DNA from: Eledone cirrhosa
Taxonomy: Eukaryota
Direction: 5' to 3'
NCBI GenBank assembly: GCA_964016885.1
Contig: OZ024740.1
Span: forward strand, 149,296,001-149,360,000
Length of the DNA: 64,000 bases
Both the position numbers and the translations under genes were made by a program. A model generated the notes under the pieces. It made no database searches and was not told where the DNA came from. It saw nothing but the letters and a program-made list of their open reading frames with translations. Shown piece after piece: positions 15,375-28,300 of the stretch (position 1 is the first letter of the stretch; every line of letters starts with the position of its first letter).

Positions 15375-16697
15375 CACTACTCAGAAAAGCATATATACTT
15401 AAGACATATATACTTGAAACAATACATATGGATGCACATATATACAGATGAAAAAAGGGAAAATCTACACATACATATGCATACACCTACATAGACATGT
15501 ACATATATATATATACATACACACATACATGCATACACATACAAATATGCATACACATACATACATGTACCCTCGCATGGGCATGCTTATACATCTCAAA
15601 ACATTTCATGCTTATACATCTCAATATTATATGAGAAAATATTCGAGAGGCTTGGAACCCAACACGTTCATGAGGTCATATATGCCCGAATGTGCATGCA
15701 TAATATGCATAAATGCAATAATTACGTAGCAACCACATACTGATGGCAGATAACATGGGGGGGGGGGCACATATATGAATGCGTGTATGTACATTAAATT
15801 AAATAAAATACTTGAAAAAGGAATGTATACATGAAAAAGATGCAAATGAGGTATCTGTTCACGCCACCCGGACATTATTGGGATGTGCATAGAGTTGCAT
15901 AAAATACTTAAAGACTGTGATGCATAGAGTTATATAAGATACAGAAGGACTGAAGATCCAAGGGACTGGGTAAGAACCTGCACATCAACCATGCACATGA
16001 GACAGATTTCATGACAGGTGGACCGTCTAGGTATACACAAACAAGTTATATATATTGTGAATGTGTAGAATAACCTTTTCATAACAGTATATATGAAATG
16101 TACATGGAATGGATGCATAAATGGAATATACCAACGGCTTGTGTTGTAGGCATGTATATAGCAACGGCAGGCAAAGTTAGAATTAACCTCAACACTAACC
16201 TTATCATGTATAACGTTTTTCATGTATACATTCCTTTTTCAAGTATTTTATTTTATTTTATGTACTACATGCATTCATATAAGAGCCCCCCTCTATGTTA
16301 TCCCATAGTACGTGGCTACTACGTAATTATTGCATTTATGCATGCACTTTCAGGCTTATATGGCCCCATGAATGTGTTGGGTTCCAAGCCTCACGAATGT
16401 TTTCTCATATATTTTATGCGCCAGGTTCACAGTTGTGTGTGTGGATATGTAGGTATTCATCAAGTATGAGCTTTTTGAGATGTATAAGCATGCCCATGGG
16501 CATTCCCAAATGAGGGTACATGTATGTATGTGTATGCATATGTGTATACATGCCATATGTATGCATGTATGTGTGTATGTGTGTATGTGTGTATGTGTGT
16601 ATGTGTGTATATGTACATGTCTGTGTAAGTGTATGCATATGTATGTGTAGATTTTCATCCATATGTATTGTTTCAAGTATATATGATTTCCTGAGTA

Positions 16698-16702
<5 letters not shown>
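15375..16702. mobile_element. Foldback/MITE-like element with ~460-bp imperfect inverted repeats
   Basis: 15375-15838 is the reverse complement (diverged) of about 16215-16702; flanked by (CA)n and (TG)n; no coding capacity. Confidence 0.7.
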
Positions 16703-16790
<88 letters not shown>

Positions 16791-18722
16791 CGAGTTGTGA
16801 TATATTAATAAATAGGAAAAGAAATTGCTGACAAACTTTTCCCAGTGAAAAATAGATTAATTAGGAATAAGTATAAATTAGTAATAAGTATTAATAAGTA
16901 TTAGTTAGTATTCAGTTTTAGATTTAAGTTTTTACCGGTTGCGCATTTCTTATGCTTTTCAAAAATAATTTTTAGATAAAGTGCTCGTGATTTTTTAAAT
17001 GAATTATGTATTTAGTCGGATATCTCTACGAATTCGAATAAAAGGTGTCTTCAGAAGGGATAGTTAGAAGAAGAACCAGTTATTCAACCTGACTGTAGTT
17101 GTGGCATTACTGTTGGAGATAGTATTCATCTTAAATTTAATAAATAGTCTCCCACGCCAAAATATGCGACTGATCGCGTTGACTCATGTATGTATGTATG
17201 TAAGTATGTATGTATGTATGTATGTATGTATGTATGTATGTATATGCATATGTATATGTCAGGTCACTCTTGAGTGCTACTGGTAACATGTAACCCAGTA
17301 CAACCTATCACATGGTCGGGTCGTCGGTGACTAAACCGGCAACCCCACCAAGTTTACTTGGTGAGGAGGGTGATTTTAGACACTCTGCAGGACAAAAAAC
17401 AAAACCTGACTAAGGGCGGAAGAAGGACCATCCAAAAATGTGTAAATATGTATATACATATGTATATATGTATATACATGTATACATATGTGTATATATG
17501 CGCGGGGACATAGAAATAATTGGACTGGATACCCGATCGTGCGGTTAAACCACTGGGAATGTAAGGGTATTCTTCTAGGAGAAGACAACTCAGGATAACT
17601 GGAATAACTCAGACCTAAAACCTGCGGCTCCGCAGTTACCGATTATGTTGATCTTTTCTTATTTTCAGGTTATAGCTTCTGTCGCTCAGAGAGTGGGATT
17701 GGCTCAGTGCACAGTCTTTCCTCACTTTTAAAAAAATCAACTAGTTTGATTTACTAATTTGCAACTAGTTTGATTTACTAATTTTCTGCCTTACTTTTGT
17801 CACATTTTCCACTCGTACATATTTTTTCATAGTATATTCAAGTTTCTGATGTCCCAAAGGATTTTGTTCTATCGCTATTTACTCTATATGAAATAAAACG
17901 TACAATACATTTTCACTACTGTTATTCACTCAATTAATATTTTAAATAAATTGAAACTTTAGAAAATAGCTGTTTTAACATATTTATATATGACAAATGT
18001 ATTTTTAAACATTTTAAAACTTATTGTTTAATATTGGATCGGCAAGTAAGTATGAAATTTGTAGATGTTTGTATAAAAAAAAACAAATTTCTACAAATTT
18101 CATATTTGATGACCCAATATATACAACCACATTTATATTGAAATGTAATAACTGTTTTTCTTCACTGCTCTAATTCTGGTTAATATAACCTTTTCTGTAC
18201 CACTTACATGTTGCTTTACATTGATACTTATTTCCGTTTCATATTAACACAGTTATGCTCAGAATTTCATACGTCTTACAACTGTAAGATTACTCAATTA
18301 AGCAAACCTAAATGCAGACCCACATACTATTATTAATCCAATCCTGATTCCATATTTGAATTCCACCTTTTTCTGAAACAACCACTCTATCTTTACTATT
18401 TATTGTATACTCCATCTATTTCTTTTTTTTTGTTGTTTTTATTCTGTTTTTTGTTTTTATTCTTTTTCCTTATTCTTTCACATATATCTAATTGATTTTA
18501 CGTGTTTTTATATAAGTAATTTAAAGTTACTCATACCCAGTTAAACGTATATTTAATTCTACTTCATGTGTCTATAGAGTCAATGATTTTTTATTATGAT
18601 ATAATTGCAAATACAGACGAGCTCGCACATAATGTACTCTCTCTACTAGATATACTGAGTACCTTGTTTTTTCCGCTTTTTAACACGTAATACCAATCAA
18701 TTAAATATATATATATGTGTGT

Positions 18723-18772
<50 letters not shown>

Positions 18773-18809
18773 TCCGTGTATGTACATGAGTAATAATAAT
18801 AATGATAAT

Positions 18810-19002
18810 AATAATTGTTTCTACTTTTGGCACAAGGCCAGCAATTACCCAGTGCATTACTGGTACTTTATTCTATCGACCCGGGAAGTATGAAAGGCAA
18901 AGTTAACCTCGGCCGGATTTGAAATCAGATCATACAGGGAGGTAACTCTATGCTTCAAAGCATGGCATCCGATCCTCTACCGATACTGCCAATCCACCGC
19001 CT

Positions 19003-19003
<1 letters not shown>
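18810..19003 (-). mobile_element. Full-length tRNA-derived SINE
   Basis: Minus strand ggcggtggattggcagtatcggtagag (A-box-like) ... gatttcaaatcc (B-box-like) ... central domain ... (ATT)n tail at 18790-18815. Confidence 0.9.
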
Positions 19004-19006
<3 letters not shown>

Positions 19007-19057
<51 letters not shown>

Positions 19058-19061
19058 TAAT
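19007..19061. repeat. (AAT)n tract at 3' end of Tx1 copy 1
   Basis: Direct reading. Confidence 0.95.
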
Positions 19062-19299
19062 GCTTTCTTTATTAACCACAAGGGTTTACATAAAGTAGAC
19101 ATTAAGGACAATACAGGACGGTACAAATGGGAATTTCTGCGTGTAAAAAACAAAAACAGGATGTAACAAAAAATAACAATGAAAAATTCCCCAATACGGG
19201 GAAGACCTCCGAGGGACATTCGTGGAGAAAGCCCATTAAAAAGCTACAATGACCCTGACCACCAGGGCAAGTGCCCTCTCACAGTTTTCCACGTTCAAT

Positions 19300-22200
19300 T
19301 TACAGACACATACTCAGAGTAGGCCCATTCACTCGGGCCATTCTTGCTTCTCTCACCTATCTTTCAACAAAATGCTCGGAAGAGAGCACTTCCCTCTCTA
19401 CCCTGATTTTCCTTTTCAAATGAAATTTGAAAAAGTTAATCAGGGAATCACCGAAGAGGTAAGTGCTCGTCTTCAGCCCTTTCAAACGTGTTTACTATAC
19501 TATCTCTTTCGCCATGGCCACCAGACAGATAAAAACTGCCTGCCCTTCCCGGCTAAAGGAAGAGGGCGGGACAATACTCACGATGAACTCAGCTGATAGC
19601 TGGATCCGTCCTACATGCGACAGCAGGTGTTCGACATAAACCCACAAGTCAGCAATGCTCGGACACTGGACGAGTGCGTGCAGGACGGTTTCGTCGCCCT
19701 GCGCGCATCTCGGACGTTCCCGGCTGACGGCACCTCCATGCCTGTAGAGTTTATTCCGAACTGGCAAAGCTCCTTGGTAGCACTGCCAGGCCAGGGATTT
19801 CTGGAAGTTGTCCATAGGCCCCGGCCCGAAAGTTCTCCGAAGAGATTGGCTAGTTGATTTTCGTCGACGCCTAGAGTTTCCCCAAGTACGTCGTCGCTCT
19901 TCCCCTCCACTAATCCTCTATAGAACGCCAAGGTGGAGTTTCCACCGATCACATTGTCCGATTGGTCGAAGGCTGTGAGCGCCTGAAGACATTCCAGTCT
20001 CCAAGCGCTCCCTCTCGGTCTTCGCTTGACCCAGGACTGCAGCTCCGTCAAGGAAACGAGCTGGAGAAATACGTGTCTAGCAAACGGTGACCACACCTGA
20101 TCACCGTCGAGGAAGAGGTGGAGATGTCGTAGGCTGAGCGCGTGTCTGCGCATCATCAGCCACGGCATGCCCAGCCCTCTACGTAGCGGGTGTTGACAGC
20201 AGATGGACCGCTTGACAATCGGAGCGCGTCCCTTCCACAAAAAGCGAAAGAGCAAACGCTCCAGCACTGTCAGGCGGGGCTTAGGACAAGGTACGGCGGT
20301 CAGGCGGTAGTAGAGGACGGACGCGATGTACGCGTTAGCCACCTCCGCTCGACCTTTCAGGGATAACTTCCTCTCCGCCCATTTCTGGGTGAGAGAAGCC
20401 AACCTGCTCGTTGCCTCGTCACAGTTTTTGTGCGTCTGGAGGTCCGGACCTAACCAGACTCTGAGAAATTTAACCGGCCCGTCCGTCCAGCGCCCGACGA
20501 CGCCGTTGGACGGCATGGACCTGCCTCTCCAGGTGCCGAGCTGCAGGCCCACTGACTTTTACTGGTTGATCATTGCTCCTGTCACCGCTTCGTATTCTCT
20601 TAGTGTAATGTCGATCCCCTCGATGTGTTTGGCGTTCGACACCACTACGGTGACATCGTCCGCATATGCTGACACGGATCTTCCGCATCCTAGTTCGCGC
20701 GGGATCCCACTCAACGTCTCCAGTTTGTGCAGAAATGGCTCGAAACTCAATACGTAGAAGGGGGACGAGAGGGGACATCATTGGCGGACCGAGCGCATGA
20801 TGTTGAACGGTTCCGAAAGGTGACCGTTCACTCTCACCACAGAGCAGATGTCGCTGTGCATGGCAGCGATCCAGGCTCTGAAGACGGGCCCAAAGCCAGC
20901 CGCCCTCAAGACTGCCGCTAGGTAACGATGGTCGACCCTATCGAAAGCTTTCGACTGATCTAAATTGATCAAGGACCCACCCGTGCCTGGTTCCCTAGCT
21001 ACCCTCTCTACGATGTATCGCATGAGGTGGAGGTTGTCGTGGATGGATCTGTCGGGAATGGCGCATATCAGCGCCTCTCCCACCAGACCACCAACGACAA
21101 GCGCCAGCCTCTTTGCTAGCACCTTGGCCAAAATCTTGAACTCTGTGTTTAGCAGAGTTATGGGCCTGAAATTATCTATGTTATCCCCCTTGTTCGGATC
21201 CTTTCTCAGCAGCGCTACCGCTCCTCGGCTCACAGAGCTGGGAATTCTCCCGTTCTGTTACCAGTTGCAGTAGACGTCCGCCAAGAGGCCTCCGAACAAG
21301 ACTGGCATCTGTACGTAAAGTTCATAGGGCAGACCATCCAAACCAAGCGATTTATCCCTTGTGCAGCCAGTCATCGCCTCCCGTACCACAGCGGCTGTTA
21401 TCGGCTTTTCGCAACACTTCGCCTCAGTGGCCGAGAGCCGCGGCAGTCCGTCGAGTGAGACACTAATGTCCATCCCTCGATCCGGCCCGCCGCTGCCCCC
21501 GAACAGCTGTGCGAAGTGTCGCTGAAAAGCTTCACACATCTGCCCGGGATCGAGTAGCATGCGCCCGTCGTGGACCACCAAAGACCGGATCGTGGCTTTG
21601 TTGCCACGACGCGCCTCCGCCACTCGGGCCCATTGAACGGCTTTTGCCCCCTCGTGTCTGAGAGCACGCACCCTAGCTCTGACAACGCAGCCTTCGTGCT
21701 TTGCATTGAAGAATTGGTCAAGGGCCAATTTCGCCGCAAGTACGTCGGTCGCGATTCCTTTGCTAAGCGCCACTTCTAATTTTCTAACTAGTTCCCCCTC
21801 TTCTCTATTTTTCTCTATAGCTAAAGCCTTACTACAACTAATGGACTCTATTCAAATCGCTCTTTTCAGAGCAAACCACCACTTGTTGTTGACGATGGCC
21901 CCCGTAAACGCCCGCTTAACTAGTTCGCTAATCCGGTCTCTGTAGGCCTTGCGCGCTGGCAATGACGCGTTTAGCTTCCAGTAGCCGGGTCCTTGTCTAT
22001 GAAGCCTATCTAAGTAAACCACACAGATCACGAATTTGTGGTCCGTGTAGCTGACTATCTTGAATTGTGGACAGCCTATGCTAGACCTATCTATTTATCT
22101 TCAAAATACTCTATCTAGATATGATCTGGATGACCCTATGCGATTTGTCCAAGTCCACATTGGCACATTCGGGAAATCCAATCGGTACCTGTCAGACAGT

Positions 22201-22718
22201 TCAAAACGCCTGAGCAGGTTGGTGAAGCTCTTGCACCCTCCACCCCTATCCGCTAATCCCACACAGTCCCAGCATGCATCTAAGATCCCGTTCCAGTCGC
22301 CCACTAACACTAAAGAGCGGGACGTTCCAAGAAAGGTCTCCAGACGCCGGAAGAAATCATGCCGCCCTGCTCCTGTCGGGGCATAGATGGCCACTAGCCT
22401 GAAAGCTTGCCCGTCTCCGCTGGTCACGTCCAGCACCACCAACTTACCCTCTGGGTCCAGGAAGATGGCCCGTATGGCGAGATCCAAACCTCTCCGAAAA
22501 AGCACAGCAACTCCTCCGCCCGATCCATGGCGGCTGGGAGATGCGTACACATCGTAGCCGCCGAAGATCGGTGCGAAGGCCCGTGCTTCGGAGATTCTGG
22601 TCTCGCTGATGGCCACTACATCTATGTTTAGTGACCTGAGGTCGTTGAGCAGGTGACCCTGCTTTCATGACGACCCCAAGCCACGCGCATTTATGCTGCC
22701 TATTCTGAGTGAGGTCAT
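19300..22718 (-). pseudogene. ORF2 (APE endonuclease + RT + CCHC) of Tx1 copy 1, disrupted
   Basis: ORF pieces of 171, 171, 151, 63, 313 and 106 aa align to the 1139-aa ORF. Premature stops occur at e.g. 22665, 22101, 21258 and 20778, plus frameshifts. Confidence 0.93.
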
Positions 22719-22753
22719 GTTTAAAATAGAGTGGAAAAGATGGGAAAGACCAC

Positions 22754-24857
22754 TTACCGTACTTTTCGTAGAGGAGGGATGGTTTTTCCATCCCTTTTCA
22801 CTTGATCGTCTGGTGAAGGGACCGTTGAATCGTCCCTTCGGCTGGTCGTCGGCTCTTCTATGAGTATGTCCGAATAAACTCTTCGGTTGATAGTTCCTCC
22901 TAGGTCTCTGAAATCGCCAACTGCGTTGGGGAATTTCGTTTTAATGTTTGTGTATTGTTTCTGTGCTATTTTTAGCAGTCTTATGTTAGTTGGCGTTTTG
23001 ATTGGTGCTGGTATTATGTAGTCGTGTTGTGAAATGTCTGTGTGTTCAATTATGTAAGTCATTAGTTTCTTGTTGTGTGTATTTATTGCCGTGCATTTGT
23101 TTTTCTGGGGGTGGGGTGTGGTTCTGCTATTTTCTTGTCGTTGTTGCTGGGTGTGTGTGTTTTGTTGTTGTGTTTGCGATGTTGGTGCTTGTGGTGGTGG
23201 TGTTGAAGGTGTTGTTGGCGGTGGGGTTGTCGCCGGTGGTGATGGTGGTGGTAGTGTGGGTGGTGATGGTGTTGGTGGTGTTGCTGCTGTGAGTCTCTTT
23301 GCAGTAGACTTTACCATTTTTTCCTTTCTTTCCTCCCTTTTCAAAGGCGACGATGCGCTGCTTCTGCGTTTGTGCCTTCTTACGACCTTTTGCCATCCCT
23401 CTCCCACCTCACACTCCATGTCTGATTCTGTGAGGTCGAGGAGGGGTACCAGCTCCACTCTTTCACTTGTTGTTGTTGGTGATGTTTGCACTGGAGTCTC
23501 TGTTGCAGCTGCATTTGTTATTGTTATTTTTGTTGTTAATACTTCCACTGCTGCTGCTGTTTTTGATTTCCGTGGCGTGGGTATGGGTGCCACGGACCTA
23601 TCGTTCCTGGTTGCCGCTTGTCCTATTGTTGGTAGCCGTGGAGCCGGTTTCGGAAGGAGGGGGGTTTTCTCCTTTCTCGTGGTCTTCTCGTTGCAGAAGG
23701 CCCTGAGGTGAGTCTTCGATCCACAGCGAAAGCATTTCGGGCGTTTGCCCTCAACACTTATGGGCAGTTGAGTGCCGTTATCGAAGTCTATCACATCCGG
23801 GATAGCTTCGATGCACTCCTGGTTGGTTTGGATTAACATCTCAATGGAGGTGCCGACCCAATCTTCTCTTACTTTTTTCTGTACTTGCAGTACAGTTGTT
23901 TTGTCCTCGATTCAGACGAGGACAGACGCGGCCAGCCAAGAAGGGGCCATCCGGGGGGGGGGGGGGGTCAGTTTGACCCTCACAATATTTTGCCCGCAGT
24001 AGGAGGGCACCAACACCATTTCCTCGCTCCTTATGGTCACTACGGATTGAGCCTTTGCCTCCTGGGGTGTGGCAAAAGTACGTCTACGGTGGCATATTTC
24101 TTGCCTCGGGTGATGTGCGTTTTCTGCTGCCACACAGACCCCAAGGCTTTTTGTATTTGAGCATCTGTGGCTCTTTCAACCCTACGGGATTTTGTACTTA
24201 TTGTACGGTACGTGACCGTACAGTGCTGTTGGGTTTTGAAAAAATTTTCCGCTGCCTTGCAGATTGCTCGGTGTCCAGTTTTTGCCACCATCTTCTTCGC
24301 TTCCTCTAATTGCTAATTTGTTATGAGGATTGTTTCCAGGTTCTTCGCGATATCTGCAAACGAGATTGGTTTTTCTTTGCTGCTGTTGTTGTTGTTGTTG
24401 TCGTCAGAGCTGCTGGTACTTTTGTTGTTGCTGCAGGTACTACGACTACTGCCGCCGCCGCTGTTGCTGTGGTTGTTGTTGTTGTTGCTGCTGCTAATGC
24501 TGTTGTTGTTTATGCTGCTGCTGATGCTGTTGCGGCTGCTACTGTGTTTTCATTGTCACTGTTGCTGTTGTTATTACGGCTGCTACTGCTATTATTCCTG
24601 ACGTCAGACGAATGAAATGGGTTTTCGTATTTCCCGCACACCTTTTTCGTCGTTGTCGTCGTCGTCGTGGAGAAATCTTGCACGCTTTGCACGAGACTTT
24701 TCTTTCCTCTCGTCGCTTGCGAAAGAGAAGGGAGGGAGAGAGACACATTTAAAGAAGGGAGGGAGAGAGACAATCTTCTCTCTGCTGTAGTGACGATTGA
24801 GGAAGAAGAAGACGGAATGAGTGGGAGTGACCTATGAAAATTCTTTTTCGTAGCCAT
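22754..24857 (-). pseudogene. ORF1 (gag-like, RRM-like region + CX2CX4HX4C knuckle) of Tx1 copy 1, disrupted
   Basis: The 361-aa C-terminal part has CFRCGSKTHLRAFC. Upstream pieces (MATKK..., SFADIAK..., ATVDV/TFATPQEAK) join across two stops and two inferred frameshifts. The start codon is inferred. Confidence 0.8.
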
Positions 24858-25057
24858 GTTGTTTTTTTTGTTTAAAATAAATATTGGGCACAAAACCCCA
24901 ATAAGCAGTTATTTAACCAGGAAGGTTCAAATAACGGGCAGAAAGACCCCTCTCACGAGGAGGGGGGTGTTTTTGTCTACAAGTTGGTTAAAGTTTTAAA
25001 CAATTTACAATTGTTATAGCGTTCAAAATTTACAATACCTTACAGAGCCGAGCATTC

Positions 25058-25068
25058 AATAATAATAA

Positions 25069-25123
<55 letters not shown>
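25058..25123. repeat. (AAT)n spacer between the two Tx1 copies
   Basis: Direct reading. Confidence 0.95.
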
Positions 25124-25125
<2 letters not shown>

Positions 25126-25385
25126 TTTCTTTATTAACCACAAGGGTTTACATAAAGTAGACATTAAGGACAGTGCAGGACAATGCAGGACGGTACAAAT
25201 GGGCATTTCTGCGTGTAAAAAAACAAAAACAGAGGATGTAACAAAAATAACAATGAAAATAACAATGAAAAATTCCCCAATAGGGGGGAGACTTCGGAGG
25301 GACATTTGTGGAGAAAGCCCAGTAAAAAGCCACAATGACCCTGACCACCAAGGCAAGTGCCCTCTCCCAGTTTTCCACCTTTAGT

Positions 25386-28300
25386 TTACATATATATACT
25401 CAGAGTCGGCCCATTCACTCGGGCCATTCTTGCTTCTCTCACCCATCTTTCAACAAAATGCTGGGAAGAGAGCACTTCCTTCTCTACTCTGATTTTCCTT
25501 TTCAAATGAAATTTGAAAAAGTCAATCAGAGCATCACCGAAGAGGTAAGTGCTCGTCTTCAGCCCTTTCAAACGTGTCCACCATACTATCTCTTTCGCCA
25601 TGGCCACCAGACAGATAAAAACTGCCTGCCCTTCCCGGCTAAAGGAGGAGGGCGGGGCAATCCTCACGATAGACTCAGATGATAGCTGGATCCGTCCTAA
25701 ACGCGACAGCAGGTGTTCGACATAAACCCACAAGTCAGCAATTTTCGGACACTGGACGAGTGCGTGCAAGACGGTTTCGTCGCCCTGCGCGCATCTCGGA
25801 CATGCCCGGCTGACGGCACCTCCATGCCTGTAGAGTTTATCCCGAACTGGCAAGGCTCCTCGGTAGCACTGCCAGGCCAGAGATTTCTGGAAGTTGTCCA
25901 TAGGCCCTGGCCCGAAAGTTCTTCCGAAGAGATTGGCTAGTTGATTTTCGTCGACGCCTAGAGTTTCCCCAAGTACGTCGTCGCTCTTCCCCTCCACTAA
26001 TCCTCTATAGAACGCTGAGGTGGAGTTTCCACCGATCACATTGCCCGATTGGTCGAGGGCTGTGAGCGCCTGAAGACATTCCAGTCTCCAGGCGCTCCCT
26101 CTCGGTCTTCGCTTGACCCAGGACTGCAGCTCCGTCAAGGAAACGAGCTGGGGAAAAACGCGTCTAGCAAACGGCGACCACACCTGATCACCGTCGAGGA
26201 AGAGGTGGAGATGTCGTAGCCTGAGCGCGTGCCTGCGCATCATCAGCCACGGCATGCCCAGCCCTCCACGTAGCGGGTGTTGACAACAGATGGACCGCCT
26301 GACCATCGGAGCACGTCCCTTCCACAAAAAGCGAAAGAGCAAACGCTCCAGCGCAGTCAGGCGAGGCTTAGGACAAGGTACGACGGTTAGGCGGTAGCAG
26401 ATGACAGACGCGATGTACGCGTTAGCCACCTCCGCTCGACCTTTCAGGGATAGCTTCCTCTCCGCCCATTTCTGGGTGAGAGAAGCCACACTGCTCGTCA
26501 CCTCGTCCCAGTTTTTGTCCGTCTGGAGGTCCGGACCGAACCAGACCCCTAGCAATTTAACCGGTCCGTCCGTCCAGCGCCCGACGACGCTGTTGGACGG
26601 CATGGACCTGCCTCTCCAGGTGCCGAGCTCCAGGCCCACTGACTTTTCCTGGTTGATCATTGCTCCTGTCACCGCTTCGTATTCTCTTAGTGTAGTGCCG
26701 ATCGCCTCGATGTGTTTGGCGTTCGACACCACTACGGTGACATCGTCCGCATATGCTGACACGGATCTTCCGCATCCTAGTTCGCGCGGGACTCCCCTCA
26801 ACGTCTCCAGTTTGTGCAGTAATGGCTCGAGAGTCAATACGTACAAGAGGGACGAGAGGGGACATCCTTGGCGGACCGAGCGCATGATGTTGAACGGTTC
26901 CGACAGGTGACCGTTCACTCTCACCACAGAGCAGATGTCGCTGTGCATGGCAGCGATCCAGCCTCTGAAGACGGGCCCAAAGCCAGCCGCCCTCAGGACT
27001 GCCGCTAGGTAACGATGGTCGACCCTATCGAAAGCTTTCGACTGATCTAAATTGATCAAGGACCCACCCGTGCCAGGTTCCCTAGCTACCCTCTCTACGA
27101 TGTATCGCATGAGGCGGAGGTTGTCGTGGATGGATCTGTCGGGAATGGCGCATGTCTGCGCCTCTCCCACCAGACCACCAGCGACAAGCGCCAACCTCTT
27201 TGCTAGCACCTTGGCCAAAATCTTAAACTCTGTGTTTAGCAGAGTTATGGGCCGGAAATTTTCTATGTTATCCCCCTTGTTCGGATCCTTTCTCAGCAGT
27301 GCCACCGCTCCTCGGCTCACAGAACTGGGAATTCTCCCGTTCTGTTGCCAGTTGCAGTAGACGTCCGCCAAGAGGCCTCCGAACAAGTCTGGCATCTGTA
27401 CGTAAAGTTCATAGGGCAGACCATCCAAACCAGGCGTTTTACCCCTTGTGCAGCCAGTCATTGCCTCCCTTACTTCAGCGGCTGTTATCGGCTTTTCGCA
27501 ACACTTCGCCTCAGTGGCCGAGAGCCGCGGCAGTCCGTCGAGGTAGACACTAAAGTCCATCCCTCTACCCGGCCCATCGCTGCCCCCGAACAGCTGAGCG
27601 AAGTGTCGCTGAAAAGCTTCACACATTTGCCCGGGATCGAGTAGCATGCGCCCGTCGTGGTCCACCAAAGACCGGATCGTGGCTTTGTTGCCACGACGCG
27701 CCTCCGCCACTCGGGCCCATTGAGCGGCTTTCGTCCCCTCGTGTCTGAGAGCACGCACCCTTGCTCTGACAACGCAGCCTTCGTGCTTTGCATTGAAGAA
27801 TTGGTCAAGGGCCAATTTCGCCGCAAGCACGTCGGTCACAATGCCTTTGCTAAGCGCCTCGTCTAATTTTCTAACTAGTTCTCCCTCTGCTCTATTTTTC
27901 TCTATTGCTAAAGCCTTACTAAATCTAATCGATTCTATTCTAATCGCTCTTTTCAGAGCAAACCACCACTTGTTGTTGACGATGGCCTCCGTCAACGCCC
28001 GCTTAACTAGTTCGCTAATCCGGTCTCTGTAGGCCTTGCGCGCTGGTAAGGACGCGTTTAGCTTCCAGTAGCCGGGTCCTCGTCTATGAAGCCTATCTAA
28101 GTCAAGCACACAGATCACGAATTTGTAGTCCGTGTAGCTGACTATCTTGAATTGTGGACAGCCTATGCTAGACCTATCTATTTCCCTACAAAATACTCTA
28201 TCTAGATATGATCTGGATGACCCTATGCGGTTTGTCCAAGTCCACATTGGCACATTCGGGAAATCCAATCGGTACCTGTCAGACAGTTCAAAACGCCTGA

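Larger units (their letters stand above)
19062..25057 (-). mobile_element. Full-length Tx1-like (L1 clade) non-LTR retrotransposon, copy 1 (defective)
   Basis: 5' UTR, ORF1 with CCHC knuckle, APE-RT-CCHC ORF2 in pieces, and a 3' UTR with AATAAA then (TTA)n; colinear with copy 2 at an offset of about 6087 bp. Confidence 0.95.

Noticed and set aside
17240-17730. GC-richer structured segment, considered as HDV-like or hammerhead ribozyme
   Set aside because: Hairpins are present, but no complete nested pseudoknot or intact core could be built; probably an unclassified repeat.
19059-25057. 6-bp terminal inverted match (aatgct/agcatt) at Tx1 ends
   Set aside because: Too short, partly made of the AAT flank, and not kept in copy 2.
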